A DNA stretch of 64,000 bases from Tetramitus jugosus (lineage: Eukaryota > Protista > Heterolobosea): NCBI GenBank assembly GCA_937625935.1, contig OW569385.1, positions 365,639-429,638 of the forward strand. The letters run 5' to 3'. The position numbers and the translations under genes were made by a program. The first letter of the stretch is position 1; the number at the start of each line of letters is the position of its first letter. Below the pieces are notes generated by a model, which saw only the letters and a program-made list of their open reading frames with translations, made no database searches and was not told the origin of the DNA. Below are positions 10,252-21,259 of the stretch, piece by piece.

Positions 10252-12843
10252 ATGCGAAGGGCATGGAACCACAACAGAACGACCGCAACACGGACGAATT
10301 TCATTTTATTTTCCAACCATCTTCACCACTCTCGCAATAACTTTATTCCCACCACCACCACCATAAGCTCTCTCGAAACATGTCCCATTCGTTACTTTTC
10401 TCATTCGTTGCTTTCGCGCCATTTTGACAATGGGTCAAAAAAATTTCGCGGGAAAGGAAATCAACGTGGTCCATCTACAGCTAACAACACTCACAACAAG
10501 TTTAGATCTCCATCATCACCATCATCATTAGCTAACAACAAGGACAACAACAACAACAACAATAGCTCTAGTGCTTCTTCATCATCATCATCATCATCAT
10601 CACAACAACAACAACATAAGAAACAACCTCCATTTGCTAAACTAGTTGAAATTCTAGTCAATGCACCTCCAGCACCACGAAAAATCTCCAAAGCTACAGC
10701 AAAGATCAATGAACTTGCCAATCAACGCTCAAAAAATCCAACTAAACCTCTATCATCTTTTGCATCCAACTCTGCACCATTTGTTGCTTTTGGCACTCCA
10801 TCATCATCAACTCCTAAATCTACAACAACACCTACAACAACTACACCTACAACAACATCAAAACCACCTACTGCTGCACAATTGGAAAAATTGAGTAGAG
10901 ATGAATTTTATGATCATATTATTGGATTGGCATCCATGATTACTCCATTGAATCAGAGAGAAAAGAACTCTACTGTTTCATCATCATCATCATCATCACC
11001 TGCCACCACTACATCAATGTTGAAACAGAGCATGAGTGATATTATGAGTGGAAAGATGAGTGATTCTAGTACAAGTAGTAGTAGTAGTGGTAGTGGTGGT
11101 AGTAGTAGTCGCACAACTCTTGCTCGCAACACTCCAGGCTCATTATCATCAACAGCGAGTGCTTCAATGAACAATAGTGATCTACGATCGATGAGTAGTA
11201 TGATGGCGAATCGATCCAATTCAAGAACTTCACCTGTTGCAACAGCAGGTGGTGTGACGACAAGCAGCACCAGCACCACCACCACTACTGGTATGAGCAG
11301 TGCAGCGTTACACAACAAGGCAATTGCTGATATGAAAAACAGGGCGAATGATATGGTACGATTGGTGAATCAGCACACAGCAACAACAGCTGCTGCTGCT
11401 GCTGCTGCGAGTGATCGATTTGGATCATTGGTAATCAAGAGTGCAACAGCGAATCATCGTTCATCAGTGAGTGGTGCCACTGGAAAATCAGTCCATCAAC
11501 GAAATCAACCTGGAGTCGGCAATCACCGTGGAAACCACACTGAAGAAGACGAATTAGATTTGGATCATGGTTTATTGGATGGTTCAAGTTCGAGTCAACA
11601 GGGATTTTCGTCGGCTGATGTGTTGGTCAAGAGAGCCATCAAGGTGATGATCAAGAATAGTGAAAAGGTGATGAAGCAAATGTATCCGATTCGATTGAAT
11701 GACATTACGCCAATTTCGATCGACAAGGGAGCTACAATTATATTGGATGATGCCATTGCGTTGAACTCAAAGGGTGAACTATTGAGTTTAATTGCTGACC
11801 CGAGTGCATTCATCGATAAGAAGACACCTCTCTGGGTGTTTGCCAAACAGAGACTTCAATCACTGTATTTGGACGATATGGAGACATCGTGGATGTTGCC
11901 ACTGGAAGCAGCTCAGTTCTTGAGTCTCAGTGATACCAAAATGAACTATTGCATGGTTGTGAATCTGTCAACTGGTGACATGTTTAGAGCGGTGGCACCT
12001 CCTGTGCGTCGATTAACATTCTCTCAGGCTGATGCTGTGATACGATCCAAGAAAAAGGACAATCGCACCAGCGCTGCACTGTTGAGCATGTACGAAAAAT
12101 TCCCATTGGCCAACTCGATTGATGATACCGTGTCAGCATCCACTGCGATGCTGCGTTATTTCATGATCCGAACAAATACGATTGCCACGCGCTTTATCAC
12201 GACCAACAAGTTGAAGAGATATGTAGTGTGGAATGAGATGGAGCAAAGTGTGAAGATATCAAGTCCTCTGCGTAGATTCAGCGACTGGATTGCTCAGGAA
12301 GTCATTCTAAAGTATCTGGATCAGAAGACAAAGGATAACAAGTCACTGCCTAAAACGAAATTGAGCTCCTTGGAGAATGAGAAGAGTTGGTTCACCTCAC
12401 CATACAACTCGCAAGAGATTTTCCATATTCAGACTGAATTCACGGCCTATCTCGGCTACTCTGAGGAAATTGGAGAAGGAAAGGAAGATAACCAACGAAT
12501 CATACAGGCACTAGAACGCCGAGGCTCCGACAAGGTGATTGCTCGTATTGTGGATGTAGATCCACAATTATCAACAGTCGAGCTTCAAATTTCACCCAGC
12601 CAGCTCTACACGACAAAGTTGCACTTGGTTTCTCTTGAGGAAGCAATGTACATCCAAACGCTGCACAACTACAAGCGTTCCCCTCTGGGCCGTTTAGTGA
12701 ATTTGGAAAAGGTGAGAAAGTCTGGGGATCTGGTACCTGGAGCTTATGTCCAATTGCGAATTCGAGCTGCCGAATCGAGAACTGGTGTCATTGCTCTTTC
12801 TCATGTTTGGGACACTGAATGTTTTGTTCTCTCTGAAAAGTAA
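10252..12843 (+). CDS. RNase II/RNB-family exoribonuclease-like protein (DSS1-like), probably mitochondrial
   Basis: ISIDKGATIILDDAI, IADP and SSPLRRFSD RNB motifs. Arg/Ser/Thr-rich presequence-like N-terminus and a long low-complexity linker. Confidence 0.7.
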   Translation: MRRAWNHNRTTATRTNFILFSNHLHHSRNNFIPTTTTISSLETCPIRYFSHSLLSRHFDNGSKKFRGKGNQRGPSTANNTHNKFRSPSSPSSLANNKDNNNNNNSSSASSSSSSSSSQQQQHKKQPPFAKLVEILVNAPPAPRKISKATAKINELANQRSKNPTKPLSSFASNSAPFVAFGTPSSSTPKSTTTPTTTTPTTTSKPPTAAQLEKLSRDEFYDHIIGLASMITPLNQREKNSTVSSSSSSSPATTTSMLKQSMSDIMSGKMSDSSTSSSSSGSGGSSSRTTLARNTPGSLSSTASASMNNSDLRSMSSMMANRSNSRTSPVATAGGVTTSSTSTTTTTGMSSAALHNKAIADMKNRANDMVRLVNQHTATTAAAAAAASDRFGSLVIKSATANHRSSVSGATGKSVHQRNQPGVGNHRGNHTEEDELDLDHGLLDGSSSSQQGFSSADVLVKRAIKVMIKNSEKVMKQMYPIRLNDITPISIDKGATIILDDAIALNSKGELLSLIADPSAFIDKKTPLWVFAKQRLQSLYLDDMETSWMLPLEAAQFLSLSDTKMNYCMVVNLSTGDMFRAVAPPVRRLTFSQADAVIRSKKKDNRTSAALLSMYEKFPLANSIDDTVSASTAMLRYFMIRTNTIATRFITTNKLKRYVVWNEMEQSVKISSPLRRFSDWIAQEVILKYLDQKTKDNKSLPKTKLSSLENEKSWFTSPYNSQEIFHIQTEFTAYLGYSEEIGEGKEDNQRIIQALERRGSDKVIARIVDVDPQLSTVELQISPSQLYTTKLHLVSLEEAMYIQTLHNYKRSPLGRLVNLEKVRKSGDLVPGAYVQLRIRAAESRTGVIALSHVWDTECFVLSEK

Positions 12844-12874
12844 AGCAATTCTTTTTGTATCAAATTTTGTTTAT

Positions 12875-15337
12875 TTACAAACCAAGATCCATTGATTCAT
12901 TTTGCTCGTCGCCCACATCTTCTGTGGAAGTGTTTTGGGCTTCTTCGACCGCATCTGTCGTTGACTCCGACTTCTCCGTGGTTTCTTTGTCATCATGTGA
13001 CTTTTGAGAAGACGCCTTCTTGTCTTGTGACTTTTGGGAAGACTTGGCACCTTGTGAGCCGTCCTGGGACTTCCGCGTTTTGTCTTCAGCTGGGCTAGTG
13101 GGTATAATTTCTGCTGAAGGCTTGTCCTCGGTTTCTTCAGGTTGTGGACTTTCCTCTTTCTTTGGTTCTTGGGAGTCCTTCTTTTTGGTTGCTGGACTCT
13201 TGTTGGTTTCTGTTGTTTCATCATCTCCTGTTGGTGTCTTTGCCTTCTTCTTTCCCTTCTTATCAGCATCTTTGTCCGGAGTAGAAGCAGATGCCTTCTT
13301 CTTACCGGCGGCCTTCTTTGTTGTATCAATTTTCTCTGGAGCCTTACTCGTCTTAGGCTTAGGGCTCTTTGTTATCAACTCAACCTTCTTGACAAAGTCC
13401 TCTTCCTTTGCCAAGTACTGCTTTGTTTTGGCTAGTTCATAATTCTGAATTGAGTCAAGCAACCAAGCAACAGTCACACAATCTGTCTTGTCAATCTTGA
13501 TGTTTTCGTTTGACTTGTCCACGAACTCAATCTTTTCATGCTTGAATGCAGAAGCAGGAGCACCTACACCAACGATGCAAATCTCAGCAGCTCTTGGTGT
13601 GTTGACCCAAATACCACCACATTCCTTGACCAACGCTTGGAGAACATCAACACCTGGGTCAGTCTCTCCAACAGCGGTAATCTTCTTGTTATGAAATAGT
13701 GGTTGAATAATTTCAAGAGTACTCTTGTCAATCTCCACATCTTCGCCCTCTTGATCCATCTTTGCTTTCATTGCCAACTTCACTCTTTGATTATAAGTCA
13801 GCTTTGCAGTCCTAGATTTTGCGCATGCTTCCTTATACTTTTCAACCAAGTAGGTTTCTTCTCCAGCAGGAAACTCCTTGTTTGCCTTAGAAGATCCAGT
13901 GGAAGCATTACCACCGTGCTCAATGTAGTTATAAATCCAGTCTTTGCTGACCACGTGAGCTCCAAATGCAACTGCAAATAATGCTTTGATCGATCTTCCT
14001 GCATACTTTGCAGGAACAATCAAATGAGTAAATCTACCACCGTTGTACTCCTCGAGAATATCTGTACACTGTTTCATTTGTTTCGATTGATTCACAACTT
14101 CAACAACTAAGCTTCTTTCTTCAATTGGCAATGCAGTTTGTTCGATGATAAACTTTGCACGCTTATTGGATGGAGGATTGTGAATCGTGAAGCCTCTGCT
14201 CACAAACTTTTGAACAGTATTGATATCTTCTTCTTCCTCATCGGAGTCTGAGTCATAAATTCCTTCATCATCTTCATCGGATTCATCGTCATCTTCCAGT
14301 GGAAGATCCATTTGAGATTCATCTTCATCGTCGATATCCATTTCTTCTTCATCATCTTCTTCGTTCTTGGTCTTCTTCTTCTTTGCTGCAGCTGCTTTCT
14401 TCTTCTTATCTTCATCTGCCTTTTTCTTGGAAGAAGCAGCAGTTGTTGTTGTATTCTTTGTTGTCTTAGGTGCAGTGGTAGTGGTAGTCTTCTTTACACC
14501 TGCGGTGGAAGTAGTGCCAGCCTTCTTTGTTGTAGAGAGCGATGCTTTAGATGCAGTTGTAGATGTCTTGCCTTTTGTTGAATCAGACCTCTTTGATGCA
14601 TCCTTTGAGGCAGTAGTGGTTGTTTTTGTCTTGGGTTTTGCATCTTCCTTCTTTTCATCATCCTTATTCTTTTCGTCAGCCTTATTCTTTTCATCAGCCT
14701 TCTTAGTGGGACCCTTTTTAACTGTAGACGAGGATGTGGTCTTTGCAATGGTAGTAGATGTTTTCTTTGGAGCAGCAATTGTCTTCTTCTTGTTAGACTT
14801 TGACTTATCGTCTTCCTCCTTTTCCTCCTTGTCATCATCGTCTGCAACTTCATTGTCTTCTGATTCCTTCTTGGACTTGCCCTTGGTAGTTGTAGTTTTT
14901 GTTTCAGATTTCTTAGTTTCTTTTGCCTTGTCAGCAGCAGTAGTTTTTGCAACAGCAGGTTTGGCTAATTTTTGTACAGTTCTCTTCTTTGCGATAGTGG
15001 ACGAAGCAGTACTTGAAGATGACTTTTTAGTATCAGGCATTTGACTATCCTCAACAACATCAGTCATTTTGGAATCGTCATCTTCTTCACCTTCGTCATT
15101 AGTCTTCTTAGTGTTCTTCTTGGAAGTTTTGGTGGTTGTAGCACTTGTTGTTTTCTTGTTGGTTGTTTTGGCCTTCTTTGATTTTGGAGTGGAGTCCTCT
15201 TGTTCTTCTTCTTGATCAACTGTAGTTTCTTCTTCTTGATGGTCTGGTTCCTCTTCTTCTTCAGAGGACTTTTTTCTCTTCTTGCCAGTGAGAGCTTTGG
15301 AAGCGGTTTCCTTTGTTGATTTCTTTGTAGCTGCCAT
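12875..15337 (-). CDS. tandem BRCT-domain protein with K/T/E-rich disordered arms
   Basis: FTHLIVP..RSIKALFAVAFGAHVVSKDWI and LQALVKECGG...VTVAWLLDSI. Confidence 0.8.
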   Translation of the reverse strand: MAATKKSTKETASKALTGKKRKKSSEEEEEPDHQEEETTVDQEEEQEDSTPKSKKAKTTNKKTTSATTTKTSKKNTKKTNDEGEEDDDSKMTDVVEDSQMPDTKKSSSSTASSTIAKKRTVQKLAKPAVAKTTAADKAKETKKSETKTTTTKGKSKKESEDNEVADDDDKEEKEEDDKSKSNKKKTIAAPKKTSTTIAKTTSSSTVKKGPTKKADEKNKADEKNKDDEKKEDAKPKTKTTTTASKDASKRSDSTKGKTSTTASKASLSTTKKAGTTSTAGVKKTTTTTAPKTTKNTTTTAASSKKKADEDKKKKAAAAKKKKTKNEEDDEEEMDIDDEDESQMDLPLEDDDESDEDDEGIYDSDSDEEEEDINTVQKFVSRGFTIHNPPSNKRAKFIIEQTALPIEERSLVVEVVNQSKQMKQCTDILEEYNGGRFTHLIVPAKYAGRSIKALFAVAFGAHVVSKDWIYNYIEHGGNASTGSSKANKEFPAGEETYLVEKYKEACAKSRTAKLTYNQRVKLAMKAKMDQEGEDVEIDKSTLEIIQPLFHNKKITAVGETDPGVDVLQALVKECGGIWVNTPRAAEICIVGVGAPASAFKHEKIEFVDKSNENIKIDKTDCVTVAWLLDSIQNYELAKTKQYLAKEEDFVKKVELITKSPKPKTSKAPEKIDTTKKAAGKKKASASTPDKDADKKGKKKAKTPTGDDETTETNKSPATKKKDSQEPKKEESPQPEETEDKPSAEIIPTSPAEDKTRKSQDGSQGAKSSQKSQDKKASSQKSHDDKETTEKSESTTDAVEEAQNTSTEDVGDEQNESMDLGL

Positions 15338-15788
15338 GATTGTTTTTTTGAATTTACAGGTTAGTGATTGGGATAGAGCTGTTCTATGAGTTCGATCAAA
15401 CTTGTTGTTTTGCTTTGGGGATTTGGAGATTGGTGGTCGGTTGATTGGAAAGCTTATGAATTGACAAAAAGTTCAAGCCATCCTTCACATTTCGACCAAA
15501 TTGTGGAATTGAGGCGCTTCCAGCAGCGGATGGAATTTGTCAAGCGGGGTAATCAACTTCAACGAAAGAGAGAATGAATTTTTATTGTAAAGATGTTGTA
15601 AGGTTCGTCTTGGCAAGTTCGTGTCGCTCGAACAGTGAACTTCACTTGATCGGAATGAATGGAAGCAAGAATAAGCTTTTTGACGCATCAAACATCGAGC
15701 GAAGCAAACAACATTTTTTTTTGTTCTCGAAACCAAAAAGAAAAAAACCATACACAATCAATTGTAGCCAGTTAGTTGTTCAACAAAA

Positions 15789-18700
15789 ATGTCCTTCTCC
15801 GTCTCTGCCATCATTGAAAAATCAGAAAATAGAGATAAGGATCTTCGTCACATGGCGATGTACGATCTATCTCAAGAATTGTTGAAAGAAAATGTCAAAC
15901 TGGACGAAACAAGTCAAAGACAATTGACTGACGTTGTGCTAAAGCTCTTGAACGATAATGTCAGTGAAGTTCAAGGTGCTGCAGTCAAATGTTTGGCACC
16001 ATTGGTCAAGAAGATGAACAAAACACAAATTGAAAACTCTGTTGCCAATTTGTGTAAGACCATTGTATCAAAGGAAGATGAAAAGAGAGATATTGCAACA
16101 ATTGCACTAAAGACTGTTGTCTCTGAGATTCCAGCTGAGATGGCTTCTGAACCAATTCAAAAGATTGTTGATCCATTGTTGCAAGCTTTGAAGAGTGGTA
16201 GTCAAGATGTTCAATTGGATGCATTGGATGTGTTTAATGATGTTTTGGCTAGATTTGGTTCCCTTGTCTCCTCTCAACACAAAGCTATTCAAGCAGCATT
16301 CATCTCACAATTGCAAGCCAGTAGACCAACATTGAGAAAGCGAGCAATCGTTGGTCTTTCAGCCCTCTCTCAATACTCTAACGAAGAATTGTTCAATCAA
16401 TTGATGGAACATGTGTTGAAAGAGATTAAGAAGTCTTCTGGTGGTGGTGAAGATTTGAGAACATTTATTCAATTGACTAGTGCCATCTCTAAGACTGCTG
16501 GTAACAGAATGGGTAAATATTTGTCCGATATTATCAATTTGTTGATGCAAGCCAATGAGGATATTGCTGAGAGTGAAGGTGAGGATGAAGTGAGAGAATA
16601 TATTGTACAGGCTTTTGAATCTTTTGTTACACGTTGTCCTGATGAGGTCACCGACTACATAGAATTGATTCTGATTATCTGTAAGGAATATTTGGAATAT
16701 GATCCAAATTATTCTTATGATGTTTCAGACGATGAAGAAGAAGAAGATGAGGATGAGACTATGGGTGAGGGCGAAGAAGAAGATGAGGGTGATGACGCTG
16801 ATGGTGTCAGTGATGATGATGATAGCAGCTGGAAGGTCAGAAGATCTGCTGCCAAGTGTGTTGGATCAATTATCAGATCTAGACCTGAATTGTTGGAGCT
16901 TTTGTACACTGAGTTGAATACTGAAGAAGAACACATTTTGATCAGCAGATTCAAGGAAAGAGAAGAACAAGTCAAATTGGATGTCTTCAATGTTTTCATT
17001 GATTTGTTGACTCAAACCATCAACACTACAACATCTTCCACTGGTCACGTTACTGTTACTCAACGTGAAGAAATCAAATATGTCAAGGATACCAAGGCAT
17101 TGATCATGAACAGAATTAAGAAGCAATTGAAGTCTAGCAATCAAAGAACCAAGATTGGTATCTTTAGAGTATTGAAGGCTCTCACTGTTGTTCTCCAAGG
17201 AGGTTTGGATGATTATGCAAAGGTCATTATTCCTTCCGTTGTTTCTGCCTTGAATGAAAAGGGAGAGGCATCTACTCTCAAATTGGAAGCATTGAGCTTC
17301 TTGAGAACATTCCTCCCATTGCACGATCCAAGCAAGATTGCACCTTATGCTGACAAGTTATGCAAGGCTGTCTTCGAACGTGTCAGTGACAAGTACTACA
17401 AGATTATCGCTGAAGGATTGAGAGTCTGTGGTGAACTCGTTCCTGTTGTTGCTGTTGTAAACAAGGATCAACTCACAAAGGATTTATTCAAGACCGTTTT
17501 CGATAGATTGAGCATTCAAGATATCGATCAAGATGTTAAGGATAGTGCCATTAGAACTACTGGTATTATTATTGCCAAGCTTGGATCCAAATTGCAAGAT
17601 AACATCAAGGAAACTTTGACCATTTTGGTTGACAGACTCAAGAACGAAATTACTAGATTGACTACATGCAAGGCATTCATTACCATTGCTGAAGCCAAGA
17701 TTGACATTTCTTGTGTGTTGAACGAAGCTGTCACCAAGATGTCTTCATTCCTCAAGAAGATTAATCGTGCCTTGAAGCAAACTACTTTGCAAACATTGAC
17801 AACATTTGTTCAATCTTATGGTAGCTCCATTGATCAAAAGTTGTACACTACCATTATCAATGATTCTGCTTCATTGGTCAGTGATAGTGATCTCCACTTG
17901 GCTCATTTGACCCTTCAATTGATTCAACACATTTTGCGCATCAACTCTGGTGTTGCCTCAACTGTTCAACAAGTCATTCTACCAAAGGTTTTGACCATGT
18001 TGGAAAGTTCTACATTGCAAGGTGGTGCTTTGACATCTGTCTTGGATTTAATTACCACTTTGTTGCCAACTGCTGGATTCAACACCCTCTTCAATTCAGT
18101 TTTGTCTATTCAAAAGGACTCCAAACAAGTTTATATTAACGTTGGTAAGTCTGTTGCTGCTCTTTGCTTGAAGGCAGGTGGAAAGGACTCTGAAAATACC
18201 ATCAACAAGTTTGCTAAGGATTTGAAGAGCACTGACGAAACAACTAAGATGCTCGCTCTTTTCACTTTGGGTGAAATCGGCAGAAACATTGACTTGAGCT
18301 CTAACAAGACTGTTAGATCCGACATTGAAGCATGTTTCGAATCTGATGCTTCTGAACAATTGAAGAATGCTGCTTCTTATGCTTTGGGTAATGTTTCAGT
18401 TGGTAACTTGAAGGAATTCTTGCCTTTGATTATCAAGGGTATTCGTGAGAACAACAAGACCAAGTACTTGTTGATTCACTCTTTGAAGGAAATTATTACT
18501 GAAGCTGATGAAAGCAAGTTGAAGCCATTCATTAATGATACTGTTCCTTTGTTGTTCGAAAACTGTGACAATGAAGAAGAAGGTATTAGAAATGTCGTTG
18601 CTGAATGTTTGGGTAAGCTCGCCATGGTTGACTACAGCAATGTCATGCCAAAGTTGAAGGCTCTCTTGAAGGAGTCTGAAGTCAAGAGAGCAACTGTTAT

Positions 18701-19442
18701 CTCTGCTGTCAAGTACACCATTACTGAACAACCAAAGGAGATTGATGCAAGCTTGAAGGTTGACTTGCAAGACTTCTTGTCCATGTTGAACAAGACGCAA
18801 AATGTTGCAGTCAGACGTGCTTGTGTCTTGTTGTTGAACTCTGCAGCTCACAACAAGCCAAAGCTTGTTCAAGATTCATTGGACAAGATTTTGCCAAACT
18901 TGTATGCTGAGTGCGTGTTTGATGAGTCTTTGGTCAGAACCATTCAATTGGGTCCTTTCAAGCACAAGATCGATGATGGTTTGGAGTTGAGAAAGTCTGC
19001 ATTCGAATGTTTGGACACCATTTTGGATCAATTCAAGTCCAGAATCGATCCAAACAAATTCATTGCCCAAATTCCAAACGGTTTGGATGATGAAAACAAC
19101 GACATTAAGATTTTGACTTACTTGATTATCGGCAAGCTCGCTGTCAGATTCCCAGCTGATTTGTTGTCTGCTATTGACGCAATTGTACCACCATTGAGCA
19201 AGACCCTTAAGAAGAAGGAAAAGGAGAACGCTGTGGCACAAGAGAAGGAAAGACATCAAGAGTTGTTGAAGGCTGCTTTGAAGGCTGTTGCAGCATTGAA
19301 GAATCTGTCTGGTATTGAAGATGTTGCTTCGTTCCAAGACATGTTCACTAAGGTGATTGCTGCTGATCCAAAGTTGAAGACTGCATTCGATGAAGTTGCC
19401 AGCTCTGAAGGCTTTAAGGATGCAATGGATCTCTCTGCCTAA
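15789..19442 (+). CDS. CAND1: cullin-associated NEDD8-dissociated protein 1
   Basis: 1217-aa HEAT-repeat protein with DKDLRHMAMYDL, YDPNY, DDDDSSWKVRRSAAKC and GPFKHKIDDGLELRKSAFEC. Confidence 0.98.
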   Translation: MSFSVSAIIEKSENRDKDLRHMAMYDLSQELLKENVKLDETSQRQLTDVVLKLLNDNVSEVQGAAVKCLAPLVKKMNKTQIENSVANLCKTIVSKEDEKRDIATIALKTVVSEIPAEMASEPIQKIVDPLLQALKSGSQDVQLDALDVFNDVLARFGSLVSSQHKAIQAAFISQLQASRPTLRKRAIVGLSALSQYSNEELFNQLMEHVLKEIKKSSGGGEDLRTFIQLTSAISKTAGNRMGKYLSDIINLLMQANEDIAESEGEDEVREYIVQAFESFVTRCPDEVTDYIELILIICKEYLEYDPNYSYDVSDDEEEEDEDETMGEGEEEDEGDDADGVSDDDDSSWKVRRSAAKCVGSIIRSRPELLELLYTELNTEEEHILISRFKEREEQVKLDVFNVFIDLLTQTINTTTSSTGHVTVTQREEIKYVKDTKALIMNRIKKQLKSSNQRTKIGIFRVLKALTVVLQGGLDDYAKVIIPSVVSALNEKGEASTLKLEALSFLRTFLPLHDPSKIAPYADKLCKAVFERVSDKYYKIIAEGLRVCGELVPVVAVVNKDQLTKDLFKTVFDRLSIQDIDQDVKDSAIRTTGIIIAKLGSKLQDNIKETLTILVDRLKNEITRLTTCKAFITIAEAKIDISCVLNEAVTKMSSFLKKINRALKQTTLQTLTTFVQSYGSSIDQKLYTTIINDSASLVSDSDLHLAHLTLQLIQHILRINSGVASTVQQVILPKVLTMLESSTLQGGALTSVLDLITTLLPTAGFNTLFNSVLSIQKDSKQVYINVGKSVAALCLKAGGKDSENTINKFAKDLKSTDETTKMLALFTLGEIGRNIDLSSNKTVRSDIEACFESDASEQLKNAASYALGNVSVGNLKEFLPLIIKGIRENNKTKYLLIHSLKEIITEADESKLKPFINDTVPLLFENCDNEEEGIRNVVAECLGKLAMVDYSNVMPKLKALLKESEVKRATVISAVKYTITEQPKEIDASLKVDLQDFLSMLNKTQNVAVRRACVLLLNSAAHNKPKLVQDSLDKILPNLYAECVFDESLVRTIQLGPFKHKIDDGLELRKSAFECLDTILDQFKSRIDPNKFIAQIPNGLDDENNDIKILTYLIIGKLAVRFPADLLSAIDAIVPPLSKTLKKKEKENAVAQEKERHQELLKAALKAVAALKNLSGIEDVASFQDMFTKVIAADPKLKTAFDEVASSEGFKDAMDLSA

Positions 19443-19508
19443 ATGTAGAATACTTAATTATAATAAAACAATATCACAACAATCCTTGTATCAAAAACAT
19501 CAACTTAT

Positions 19509-20447
19509 TTACATCTCATGTTTATCGTCTTGCTTGTCCCCTGATCGCAGAGAGGATTCCAACAAAAGAGTTGCTGTCATCTTCTCCTTCAACCCCAAAC
19601 GCAACACTTTGGGTTCTTCTTTCGCCCTCAACTGTTGTTGTTCAATGCGACGCCGTTCCTCTAGCTTGTTGAGTCTGTTTTGCTCATTTCTCTGCCTTTC
19701 TCTTTCAGCAGGAGACAGGTATGAATCTTCGAGAATGGGTCTTGAGGAACTCTTCTTCCTCGACAAACTCTTCCGTGTGTTCATGGTGGCATTGTGGATC
19801 AAGGTTGACTCCATTTCATCTTTCAACTTGCGATCAAACTCCGTTGTTCGGTTCCAGTCAGGTTTCCCTGCTAACATTTGATCCTTCTCTTCTTCCAACA
19901 GCATATTTCTCTCATGTCTTACCACAATATTGTGATTGGTCACCATTCTTGAGTTCAGTTTTCCTCGCGACTCCATTTGGATAAACTTCTCTTCGTCCAC
20001 TTGAAACTTGTTCTTCTTTGGGACATAAACTACATTTCTGTACACTTGAGAAACTGAGGGAGCTCTAAAGTCATACTCGATCTTTTCACTTTGAAACTAT
20101 TCGCAGATAAATTTGAGTTAGTCGAAGAGCCACAGTAACTGGATTGAGGAGTGAGAATTTACCTCTGACAATGCTCTCATCTTACTTCGTTCCTTGACAA
20201 ATGGTGTTGTGAAGGTTGAACTGTTCCATTCTGGTTTCGTTCCTATTCTACTCCTGTTCTTCAACTGGGTCACCTGCTCCTTGGCTTCTTTGACCTTGTT
20301 TGACGTGAGTTGCGATGGAATAAAGGCTGTTGACTTTGGGTCGTAGTCCAATTGTTTGGTATGAAGAGAACCAGGCTGAGCATGATATTTACTTTTATTG
20401 GTTGATTGGATTGTGTCGTCTAGTCCAAACTGACTCGCCACCATCAT
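19509..20447 (-). CDS. hypothetical protein, 2 exons
   Basis: Intron 20097-20162 joins RALSE|FQSEKIEYDF in frame. Repeated KPEWNSST / KPDWNRTT motif. Confidence 0.65.
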
Positions 20448-21259
20448 TTCTGTTCAAGTGAGACAGACAACTTTCTTGGTGATGAGAAAGTGCAAGCCGT
20501 AAATGTCGGGAAACTGAACGCCGTAAACCTTACCGACTCGCGTGTCACGGATCCGCATTCTTTCGAGACACACTGTCCTTCAAATACGGCAAGAGTATAA
20601 ATACTGAATCTAGACAATCGAAAGATGATCGACTATTATTATCATAATCAACCTTGGCAGTTATTCAGTGGCAAAATCCTGGGTGAATCATATTCTGCAC
20701 TCAAGCACAATCGAGATTACAAACCTCGATCCGTTATCTGCATCCTTTTGAACGCACATCACAGAATAAAATTAAAAGTGATGCCGTAGACGAGCGATAT
20801 ATTTGTCTGACGTATGAGACGAAGGTTTCCTTATCAGTCCTCGCCCGACAAAGTTTTTTTGTTAGAGCGGAGCGCTCCATTATGCTCCGTTTCTCCTGCT
20901 GAGCTCGGCCTTAAAATAATAAGATACGCCGCATACGTGGTCGAATTACAAAGTTATACTTAGGTCGGTACCCCTTCTGCCCCACTAAGCAGATGATTCC
21001 TGTGGACCCCCAATCGTCCGTTTCTTGCTGACTCGGCGCTACTTCTCAGAGCTTTTGCCCAATCAATGCAAAACAGACCACACCAAAGCACAGACACTAT
21101 ACCCCATCTCTGTTTTTTCTCAGCTGTTTTCTCAAAGGCCAAATCTCTCTATTTCCCACTATTTCTCTCAGAGTATTTTCATTATCACATTTTTCTCTCC
21201 CAAATCTCCATCATTACCCACTCATCATTATCCAAAAGCACGATTCATTACCAATAACC

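Noticed and set aside
14367-15044. Hydrophobic 225-aa ORF that looks like a membrane protein
   Set aside because: It is the antisense of the K/T/E-rich region of the BRCT gene. The same explanation covers shadow ORFs over CAND1, NPL4 and the PDI.
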